From NCBI GenBank assembly GCA_963924565.1, contig OZ004612.1, forward strand, positions 29,636,001 through 29,700,000: a stretch of DNA of 64,000 nucleotides, written 5' to 3'. How positions within the stretch are numbered: the first letter of the stretch is position 1; every line of letters starts with the position of its first letter. Origin of the DNA: Ascidiella aspersa (lineage: Eukaryota). Positions 28,801 through 40,800 of this stretch are shown here, one piece after another. The position numbers and the translations under genes were made by a program. Under the pieces are notes generated by a model, which saw only the letters and a list, made by a program, of their open reading frames with translations, was not told the origin of the DNA and made no database searches.

Positions 28801-31800
28801 GTCCAAGAATACGGCTTCGGTTTAAACTGACGCGTTTGTTAAAGACGATTTGGCTCCGTTTGCTACCGTACTTTAAAATCGTTGAAGTTAGCAACATGTT
28901 TGCTACAAGAGTTCCGGTGCAATCTCAATTTTTTGTGTCGGTCTGTTCGCTACTGTACCTTTAAATAAAATCTTCCAAGGCAAATGCTGTTTTGCCACTG
29001 TACCTTCTTTGGAAGCAGCTACGATCTTTGATCTTCTTGCTTGTTGAGCTTGTAGGATCTTGGCAGCAGTTTCCCTCCTTCTTTTCACTGACTCCTCATC
29101 AGCGCTCCTCCTCCTACGATCAATCTCCTCTCTTCTCCCGTCGTAAGGACGCAGCAGGCAGTAGTCCTCTCCTTGGGGGAGGAAAAATGTCATAAATCAG
29201 CTAACGATAGAATATAAGTATAATTGAGATTTTTAAACGCATATTTTAAATGAAGGTTTTTAGATTTGTTGAAATCATTATACAGCAGTTAATTCCTGTT
29301 AACTTACTATTGACTGGATAAGCTTGAAAACAAAACATTTCAGTTTGTTTTTCAAAACTTTGCTTTTATTGTATGCTTGCAAGAGTCATGAACGTGCATT
29401 TTGTTTTAGCACTACAGAATAGTAACACCAACTGGTTGATTTCAAGAATAGTTTAAAGGCAAAGCGTGCTCACTGACCTTTTAACCTTCAGCCATAAACT
29501 ACTTACGGTTTAATTTAATTACTTTTATACCGCAAAGCGAGAGCTTAACAGTCAGTAACCCAAAAACAGACATGTCGATTGTAAAACGGAAACATTTCTC
29601 ACCTTCGGATATTTCCGCTTCTTTGCTTTCGGCCTCCAGCGCTACAACTGGTGACGTCACTACTGCGTCATGCTGACGTCCGAGACAGGAGAGCGACGAG
29701 AAACCGTCGTTGACGATAATGTGTTCGCTAGGGTTGGTTGGGTCGTTGACGTCACAGCTATGACGTTGAAAGAATAATTTAGACGCCATTTTGAAGATTG
29801 TGAAAAAATCATTTATTTCCATACGATTTTGGGAGAATTAATTTCAAACCAATTTTTACGGACACTATGCACGGATCTGTATTGTAGCTTGACAATGAAC
29901 TGCAAAGTCAAAAAGGTAGATCGACATCAATTTAAATTATACAAGCTCGTATCAAACCGTCTTAATCAAGATATTGTCGATCTACGCGACCTTTTTGACT
30001 TTGAGATTCATTATCAAGCTAAATTTTTTTTTTAATTGTGCTAGACAGTAGGCACTTACCATTCACGTTGGTCGCTTGAAGTAAAGCTTTCCACCGATGT
30101 TTCTGAAACAATTATCACAGATGTATAAAATTGAAAAGTTTTGACGTAATACTGTAGATAGAATTCAGTAGAAAGTGGTTTGTACTAACAGAATGCAGCA
30201 GGCAATTGTGATATTGTTCTTTCTCAACTTGCTCCCCTATGAGCCTGTGTAGCTCAGTTGGTAGAGTGACGGTCCCGGTATGACCGAAGTCGTAAGTTCA
30301 AACCTTACCACAGGTTAGTTTTACAAACACGATGCAGCAGGCAACGGTGATATCGTTGTTTCACGACTTTGTCCCCTCTGACCCTGTGTAGCTCAGTTGG
30401 TGGAGCGACGGGCCCGGTATGACCGAGGCCGTGAGTTCGAACCTCACTACAGGCTACATGTTTTTCTAGCTGGCCCTGCTTGTATCTTAATCGACTGATT
30501 AGTTTAATCTGTCAAAGGCTTCCGATGTATGGAAGTATTATCCAATAATATTTATTATGTTGCTACATTTTTCTGTCCATTATTGCCGCTTTTTAAATTA
30601 ATATGTTCTTTCGCCGAACCTAACCCGGTTTAAACTCAACATACAAAGTAGATATTACCAATTTACTAACCTCGTTTATTTTTAGATGCTCTCCTGTTGG
30701 TTGCAAGCCTGTGCCTGCATCTCCACAACACAACAAGTGCCACTATGAGAAGTATGACGAGTGATCCAACCACAATTCCGATCGTTACTGGATGCTGTAA
30801 CACTGCAGAGCTTGCTATCGGTTCCATAAGGCAAGGGTAAGCTGATAAACCTGTAAAGTAGAGTTGTTATAGGTTATCTATGTAGTTTTTAGTGCAGCAA
30901 TGTTATAAATTTCGGGTTTTATAAGCTAAAGCTAATAACCTGATTAACCTTTTTTTCGAGTTGTTCTATATTATCCAGGTATATAGTTGGAGTATAGGTT
31001 TATACCAGACATTTCTAGTGGTTAATGTTATAGTTGGAGACGTTATTAATATTCGACATTGTATATCGTTGTAATTATTGCACGTTATTAGTTCTTTGAC
31101 ACTTTAGTGCTGTAACTGACAGTTTGTTTCCGTATCATTATTTGATATTCCAGTTTTATAAGGCAAGGGCATGTTGGCATATTTGTGCAGACTGCAGTAG
31201 AGTTGTTATAAGTGTACTTAAAGAGTTTTGGAAGTTGGATGTTAGAAGTTTTTGTTTCTGCCTGTATGGTTTTAGATGTTGGATAGTAATATTAGTGTAC
31301 AAGCAGGATGCCCAATAATATCAATTCGGAGCCGATGTCCGACATTCAGTGGTCGTATTGGTCTTCGTAAGATTGATATCTAGCTTAATGAGGTAAACTA
31401 ATTAAAACAAATTAACGATAGAAGGTTGCTATAAGCTCTTTACAAAGGCAAATTTGGGTTTAATAAAATGCTCAAAAATACCTTCGAACGTTTCAATTTT
31501 ACCTATTTTGCTTGTTTGAGCCAAGCAATAGCGTAACTTGTTATCAACTAGGACCGTGGTACTGTTTGGCCAAAATATCGTATCAGTATCACAATACAAT
31601 GCCAAGTATCGCAAATCTGCGTTACAAGTGAAAACGTAAATACACGGATACCTTTAGTTGAGAGTCGAACCGGTTGGCTTGGTCTTGTGTATTGGGTAGG
31701 TGTTACAGCCACTACTTGGAATTCATAAATCTGATCACGATAAATGAGGTCCGATGCTATGACGTAACTAGTGACGTTGCTCGATGTGGTGTCCAACGTC

Positions 31801-34800
31801 TTCCAATCAAATTCGTCCACGTTTCGCTTGTTTCGATTTTCTAAATTCGAAATTAATTTTGATGGTTACGGTTAACGTTGAAACACTGTGAACATTCTGC
31901 GTGATTTGCCAGCATTTACTTTAGATGGGATATATAAAAGTGAACAAAAATAATATGCGAAACATGTTTTTTCTTATTTTTTATCTCTTGTATTTCTTAC
32001 TATTTATGTCTTTATGAATACTGGGATATTTGATTACAGAAATCTATTTAAATCTCTTACATAAATCTGCTTCACGAAAATTTATCGCCTCAATTAGGAT
32101 TGGTTGTTGCACATAAACAAAAATACCCACACATCTAAATAAAAACTGTTAAACAATTACTCGTCGAATCAGTGAGAAAGTGTGCTTAATCACGAAAGGA
32201 AATGTAGGATTTTAAGCCAACCTTCTCACAGACTTGAAAAACGTCTGTTTTATATCATAATGGTTGTAGATGGAATTTCGACATAAAAAAAATGCTAAAG
32301 TTTTTAAATAGCATGGTTGCAACAAAGGCAGGTACAATATGATGGATATAGGTTGCATAAAAATGTTCTTTCAGATCATTATATGTTTCAAGTAAGAGCG
32401 ATTACTACTTGTTCCTAGAATTAAATATTGTTTACGATTATATAACTAGAAAAAATATCTAATGTTTGGATTTACTATTGTTGATCGAACAACTAATATT
32501 TGTAAAAGGTAAATCAATGTATAATGTGTGTATGCGCAGTTTTGCGAGCCGGGATAATAGCCACTTCCTTATATTACCACAAAAAATATCTTCAAGAAAT
32601 TTAAAGCTTATACAAAATAAATTTTGTCATGTTACTTCAGATCATTATTTCATAGTAATAGTTTAATATTAAATTACTTACTTCGTGAGTTTATATTCTC
32701 GGCGTACGTCGGAACCGGTCGGCTTTGTGACGTATTTTCTTCTGTGACGTCATCCGGTCCAATCCTCCTGAACTCGAGCAAGTATCCGAGTAGCTTAAGC
32801 GAGTTTCGAGGCGGGCGCCAGGCGAGTATGACCTTGCCATCCGAGTCGGTTGTAAAGTCGAGTTTGGAGGGTGGGGGAAGGGTTGGTTGTGGGGTGGATA
32901 CTGGTCGCTTTAAAGCTGGATTAAACATTAGGGGTGTTTTTGTGCTTAACTATACTGGAATTTCAAACGTCATTTAAAAATATGTTTTCATAATTAAAAA
33001 TCCACTGCAAATGGTGGTTTAGGGCAAAGTAAACTTGATTTTTAAAGAACTGGAAGATACACGGTCGTTTTAAAGCACAGCAAGCTGCTGTTTGGTTAAT
33101 AATTCTATTTATTATTAGACAAGTGGAAATTTTAACAGCATTTCGAAAAGCAGTGTTTTTGCACAACAAGGTTGTTAAATTACGTTTGGACTGTTATATT
33201 TACGTCGCGTAATCGGAGGAAGTGTTAATTGTTGTGTGGAAACTGGTCGCTTTAAAGCTGGATGAAAATATGTAGGGGTGTTTTTTTTGTACTAAATTGT
33301 ACTAAAGTTTCAAACGTCGTTTAAAAATATATTTCGACTATTAATGATGGATTACTAATAGTGGATGTAAGGAAATCAACCTTTAAAAGTACGTTTATAG
33401 TATAATATTTGAAAGAATGTCATGGAGTACATATTTTGTACGAAGAATTTTTCAATTTGGTCTAAGAAAAATTCATTCGTTAAAAGTATGTCACTGACAA
33501 AAACTGATTTCAATAAGTGGTGTTTGGAAAAGGAGTTTAGGCATATTACAATGAGTAATATTTTTTTGTGCTGTATAACTCAACGGGTTGCTTTAAAGAA
33601 AATAAATCGTTCAAAGGCGAAATGTGTATTTGGTAAAACATTTTTGGCCTTTGTCAACTTAACAATTTTTTCTTCCTCATTTTGAATAAAATATTTTAAA
33701 ATATCAAGTTCTTGCAAAAAAAAAACTAGGTTTGAAATATAATATGGCGTGAAAGTTATTGTAGTTAAATTTAAACTTATACTGGTATTACAACGTCAGC
33801 TGAACTGTCGGGTATGTACAGCACATGCTTGTCGGACTAAAATCTTTCAAACCTTACCTCTCGTCTTCAGGGTTACAGTTGGACTGAAATGTCCCTTTCC
33901 CGCCTTGCTTTCAGCGATTACCGAGAACTGGTAAAACGTATCCGGCTTTAAATGCCTTAATAGCACCACCTGCTGGTCGCCGCGATTGTAAACTGACCGC
34001 CACATGTTGTCGCCCTTGTCAGCTTCCTTGTACCTAGGAAAAGTGTAATACGTGCTTTATATTTATTGAGTGTAAGTAATATAAACATCTGTAAATTGAG
34101 GTAAATTTAAAAACGAGATTACCGTGTTTTACGCTATATATACCAAATTACACATGCAAGCCAAAAGTGTAGAAAGATATAGGATATAAAACATAAATTC
34201 AGAGCGAAGAAAATGTCAGAGCTCCATATTATGCAGATAATTCATAGATTAACAAGTTCATGGTTAGACAAGTAACAAGTATGGTTAGATATTTGGATAA
34301 ATGATTTTATATATTTCGCCAAAAGTAGCATCTGCATTTTGCATAAGTAACAACTACCGTTTTTGAGTTAAATTTACTAAACTTGCTTACATTTTAAAGC
34401 ATAATTATGATTAACGAAAGGAAACGGTTTAAGATATATATATATTTTTTTTTCCTAATATATTTTTACACATAACCATACCAGAGTAAAAAGTGTTGCG
34501 GGTAACCACCGTCAAATCCTGGGTCCCAAGTGACACGAACTGACCAATCATCGACCAGTTCTGCCGTTAAGTTCTGAACTAGGTGGGGTGACGTATCTGT
34601 TAAAAAAAATAAAAATAACAGCAAAACTTAAAATGGTAACATCAATATTTTTATTAAGATAACTATTGTAGCCTATAATGCAATGAATAAGAAGTGTGAA
34701 AAGTCCTATAATAATAAGTATAAAGGCTTATACAGCAGTTAAAATGCTTTGGCATTGATATTTAGTTCACTTTGAACTACAAGCTCCAGACATAAGGCTC

Positions 34801-37800
34801 CACAATATAGCTTTCTATAACCACTAAAGGGATCGTTTTTTTTTCATTGTCACTAAAAAGATATGTTTCACTATTAATAAATGGATTAGGGTTAATCTAC
34901 TTTTGATGTCGCCACATTATCTTAGTTATCGAAGTAATTGGAAGCGACTTAAAGTGAACCGGCAATTAAGGTAATTAAAAATCTTGAATCAGACAGCTTA
35001 AGTAATTTAAACAAATAATAAATGTAAACGCTCGTGGTTTAAAAAAAATAACCTCACACGCTATTTTTTATGTTTTCAAAGTTTGAACTATAGTTGGCCG
35101 CCCGGTCCTGTTTTCCCATTATATCTATAGACAGGTTTCAAATACTTTGACAAATATGGATATTATTGAACCCACATAAAGTTGTATACTATTCCAACGA
35201 TGACGTGTATGGAAGTCGGTATTAATAATAAAAGTGATTTTCCTTCCACCGTTATACGGTCTACAAGTGTTTGCTCCACGAAACCAAGCCATTTTACCCA
35301 ATTAAAATTTGTTCAACACTTCCCAAACTTTGCAATATAACTGCTATCAAATCCGCTTACATCTGACGATAATCCTGACGTCACGTTTGACGTCACCAAC
35401 AGCATTTGAGATGACGCACTGCCACAGGCCGTGATGTTCCTTCCTTACTGAAGCGATACTTAGGTTGCCACCCTCGATGCAGTAGGTTAAGTCGTCTGCC
35501 TTGCCCTGCGTCTGTTAAAGTTGAAAGATTGATAAGAATTTACAAAAGGTGTCAAATACGTTTTTTTTTTGCTTTTTTAAGGAACTTTTGCATCATATTT
35601 ATGACTTGCGACGTTTGGAGCTAATGACCTTAAAATTAAAAAAAAAAAGAAAAAATTTATGTAAAAGTAGGCGTACTTTTAGACAAATCCAGTTTAAAAC
35701 AAATTCAGGCATGCCTGTTTAACATTTCCCCTGCGTCTAAAATCGATCTGCGCTACATTTTAAGAATTCTAACACGTCCTTAGCCCCAGACTTTGGACAT
35801 ATTTAATAACAAATCACGTATTACTCGTTAAGCAATGGAATTCACAGAATATTTAGAACATAAATTTGTAGGAAATATAGTGTTATTGACATAGCTAAAT
35901 ATATTCGGAATAATCTTTTGATATTACAACCATCTATTTGTACTAACAATCTCGTTTTATACTTAACAACACTATTCATTGTTACACGCATACAAATTTG
36001 ACTAAATAGGTCATTATTCCATTTAAATGTACAAATACGTACAATTCGACTTTTTGGTTTCTCAACGCACATTTGTACGTCATACTGCTCACCTTAACCC
36101 ACGTCACAGTTGGTCTTGGGTCTCCATCTCCCCCGCACGGAATGGTCAAGTGTTCCCCCACCCTCGCGTCGTACTTTGGTTTGGGGGTCAGGGTGAACCG
36201 GGGTGGGTCCCTGATCACCAGCTGGGTTCCCGGGGATTCCCCATGCGTCCCTATCTGGTTGTAAGGCGTACACGTGTACGTTCCGTGATCACGTGGTTTC
36301 ACGCTGTTGAACACAAGGCTACCGTTTCCGTCGGTTGATAAACGAGGGTCCTGGGATAATAATAACAGCAACATTAGCGAAGAGGTCTTGAAAGTTAGGA
36401 GCTTAAGGTTGGAGTAGACGTAGTAATAATACCAAAGCCCATACAGAAGTTGGTAACGGTTTGAATATCTCTTGACTCATTTTCAACATAGTTCTATCGG
36501 TTGACAAAGGCGAGTCCTGGGATAATAATAACGGCAACAATAAAATAGGATCCTGAAAATTTGGAGCATAATGGCTGTACGTTGTAGTTAGACGTAAAAT
36601 CGGAAACATTAAAAAGAGGTCTTGAAAGTTTGGTTGTAGTTTGTAGTAAGACGTAGCAATAATATCCAAGACCGGACAGAAGTAGCTAGTATTTTAAACA
36701 TTTCTATTGAATGTTAAGATAATGGCTGGATGTAGTAATTCCCTCAAAATGAATAAACAATAAAATTTTGCCAATACAAAAAATAAAAATTTAATTTTAA
36801 ACGTTTGCTTACATTGTTTTGCGCTATACATACCAGGTAAATCAATTTAACGGTGTTTTTTCCTCTAAATTTAGCAACATAAAAAGATATTTTTCTTGTA
36901 CGCCATGGATCAGTTATAATAGGATTGTGCGTCTTAAACTTCTAAATAAACTTAACCTGTTGTTAAGTTGTTGTTATTTCGTACAACGCGCAACTTGCAG
37001 TTGATCATTTGAAGAACAGGTCACACACTTTTGTTAAAACTTTATAAAAAAAAATATTAAGCCTAGTATCGAATAACAAGGTATATTCACTCACCCCTTG
37101 TATATCGACGTTTCGTCCTTGCTTCTTCCAAGTCACTTTTGACACTGGAGGAACGCCCACCGCTGGGCAATAGAGAGTCAATGGAAGGGAAATCCCCCCG
37201 AAAACCCGACGCGGCATGTCCTGAACTCTCGCTGCGTCTGACGTTTAAGAACAAAAACTTTAACTAAGGATGTTTGATAATATCGGATAGTGGCCGATAC
37301 CTGACGCCAAGTGTTATTGTCGGTACTTGTAGAACACTATGATGTTGTATGTAGTATGGGTGCCGGTCCGAGACCAAATATATATAGCAGTTTCAGCCAT
37401 GGTTTGCAGTGCAACTCAGAGTTTTCTACGTGGTTAACAACTGAAAGTAATTAAACTTCTTAATGCTAAAGCACATTGTGGTCCAATAACCTGGCAAAAA
37501 TACCTCTGAAGATTTCAATTTCTTCACAAATCTATGTTTCGCAGTAATGCTGTCGTCATTTGGTAGTGATACTTAACGCGATACTTTCGTTACACAACCT
37601 TGTAATCTCAAGTGCTATTTGCGTCACGAAAACCAAAAGTCGAGGTGTTCCATGTTTCATAGAATCTGGGCAAGTCTACTTAAATCGGCTTACTTAGGGC
37701 TTGTAATATGAACCATTGGAATGCTACTTTGACTTTGACTTGGTTTACTAAAGTTACCGTCATTTACACATTAGAATAACCGGTCCATTCTCAACATAAA

Positions 37801-40800
37801 TTATTGTTGTTGTTTTTTATGCTTTATTGGCAAACAAAAGCGTTTGCTTTATTTGTGTTAATTTAAGATGTATCGCCCTGTAATATTTCAATTTCAAAGT
37901 GAAAATGCTTTCGAAAGCAATCCGCTCGAACTGTTTCTTGTGAAACAAAATCATCCTGGTTCTAGTCGTGTTTCACTTATTCTAAATATATAAAGACTGG
38001 GACAAAGAAAAAGCAAACTATACTGTTCTAATGTACGCGTTTACCGCGCTTTATTTAAGCTTTGAACTGATAGAAGTTGTCATAAAAAGTATTTTTGTCT
38101 CTTGTTAGGGCTCTCAAGTTTAAGGATGAACAAAATATAACCTTTACGATTTCGAGGAGTTTATGTTCATGTAATTGTCGAAGCGTTAAAATTATCAACC
38201 AACCAAACCAGTATGTGCCTCAAAACTACTTAAATTGTCGCTCTGGCTTAAATTGTATTGAGAAGCGACCTGGTTAAAATTAAACGCTTGCTATTCGACT
38301 CAATTTAAGATTACATCACGATTTTAACGGCATTCTCTTCATTCCTAAATTCCTTAATAGTGCATATGTCAGCAGATAATGTACGACTGTCTGTTGTCTA
38401 TGCCGGTAAAATGACGCCATTACTGGTCTGCTAAATCGGATAAGCTTAAACTGCCGGCGCCGTAACAAGGTTATGCTGATAGAAATTTGTCGACTATAGT
38501 GACATTTGATGTAACTGGTTTATGCGCCTGACATGAAATATTGGGTTTTATATTCAAGTTGCGCTGCCGGCCTTTTCGCATTTGTAATTTTAAACTTAAG
38601 TTTAAGGATTTGTGTTTCTTCAGTGATACTTCTATGTTGAATTGAAATAATCCAAATCTAGGCCATTTTAGACAAAAAGGGTGTCGCATTTCGTTGTTTT
38701 CTATAATTTGAATCCTAACCTACAAAAGCTAAAGTAACGAATAAGAAACTTATGTGGTGATTTTTGCTTTTTGGTGTTTTATAAACGCACAAAAAAAGAA
38801 ATAAAGTAATAATAGCTACAGTCGTTTTCTCACAGATGTACCGCATATCAAAATAGCGTTTCTTTTTTCTCATATGAAAATAGCGTTTTTTTAAGGTTTA
38901 TAACTCTCATTTAACCAAATAATGTTTTAAAAGTGTTTTTTGAATATTGTTTTAAAAGTGTTTTTTGAATATTGTTTTAAAAGTGACCCAAATCTATCGA
39001 CGATGACACAATTTGACTTACTTTAGGTTTCCGTATGTTAGGATTATATGAGTTTTAACATAAATACTTGGCAGTCGACATGTCGGCACGTCTATTCTAG
39101 AGAGTTAGAGTGATCGTGACACCCAGTTGTGTACAATCTGTCGTCTTACTCGGTTTTAGTTTATTTACAAACACTTATTGACGGCCACTTGTGCCTGTCA
39201 ATTCGCACCCGCCCTTCCAAACTATTGCGAATCCATGTAACGCTTTGTTTTAAGCTGATTACGCATTGTAAGCAATACTGTGACAGCTTTACATAACGCA
39301 GCGAAATATTAAGGAAAAACTTTAACGTTAATTTTGAGCGGGGATAAATCCTAATAAATAAACTATTGAATTTCACAAAAAATTGTGGGTTAAAAATGAA
39401 ACCCATGCAACATTAACACATTTAGTGAAATTGTGAAATCTCTAAACACAGGCAAACACATTTCTGTAATATTTTCAATTAGCAATATTATTTTGTATTG
39501 ATGTCAAGCAATTTCGCTTAACAACATTTCCGTCTAATTATTATTTTCGTCAACAATCCAAGCTCGTCATTTATGCGTGCTGATTTATCTTTTATTCAAA
39601 CGAATACGCTCTTCTTTAAAATATGGATTGTGATGTCATAGCGCTGAAAGGGGAGCGCGCGTCGATGACAATCGATGGTTGTCGTTTGAAATTGCGAGCT
39701 TGTGAAATTGAAATTGCCGGTGGGATACTTGATGGACCGCTGGGGTTTAAAATGCTAACATTTAACCAGTAGCTTATAACGAGGCAGTTTGTAAAGATAA
39801 CCAGGGGTGCCACAACATCTTTGAATGTTTAATTGCTATTGAATGTATTGTGCGTATTGTGAAGTTTCTTAGTAAGGACAAAATTGCTTTCAGTTAATTT
39901 TTTTATATCCTGTATCGCGGAAAACCGTGTGATCCTGAAAACATGAAGGTTTATAAAAAAAAAGAAGTTTCAGGTAATTTTCCGATGTTATGAATTATCA
40001 CCGCATTAGGGCAATTTGATTTTGTTTAAAATTAAGCACAAATGTTCAGCTTCTTTTTTTAGACACCATTTCCTACTCCTAGTATTTGTTAGTGCACTTG
40101 GTTGGTTTTACTGACTTCCAACGATAGGTTTTGTTTAATAAACTTTTATGACAGTGTCGAACATTCATTCTTAAATATTAATGGTTGATTTTGTAAAAGT
40201 TGCTTTACTACTCATTTACGTCAAATCTACTTCCGTTCATCTGAATCTCCATCTTATAATTTCACGTTTAACTTTCGTTTTGCTACCAGCAAACGTTATC
40301 ATGTTTAAATATCGTTAAAATTGCCTGATTAATAATCAGGGAAAAACATCCAACTGTTTACATTTTAAAGCCTTCGCTTCTTCAATAAAATTGCATTTAA
40401 ATTGTGGAATACAGTGAAATCCAAATTGAATTGTGAAAACAGCAAAATTTTCATTTGAATTGTAAAAACAGTAAAATTTTCATTTGAAATTTGAAAACAG
40501 CAAAATTTTCAATTGAATTGTGAAAACAGCAAAATTTTCATTTGAATTGTGAAAACAGCAAAATTTTCATTTGAATTGTAAAAACAGCAAAATTTTCATT
40601 TGAAATTTGAAAACAGCAAAATTTTCAATTGAATTGTGAAAACAGCAAAATTTCATTTGAATTGTGAAAACAGCAAAATTTTCATTTGAATTGTGAAAAC
40701 AGCAAAATCCTTTTAAAACTTACATTGTACGATCAGTGAAGCTGAAACTCGGGGTGATGAACCGTAACCGTTGCTTGCCTCGCACGTGACCTGTCCATCA

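Noticed and set aside
25801-29195. Plus-strand ORFs overlapping the large exons
   Set aside because: Antisense shadows of GC-rich coding exons.
30190-30244. Extra IGSF9 exon within the tRNA-like leader (donor gttagt at 30188-89)
   Set aside because: Candidate lengths of 47 or 55 nt break the frame or contain a stop.
40426-40710. CRISPR-like array of 29-bp repeats
   Set aside because: The units are contiguous with no spacers, there are no cas genes, and the locus is a eukaryotic intron.
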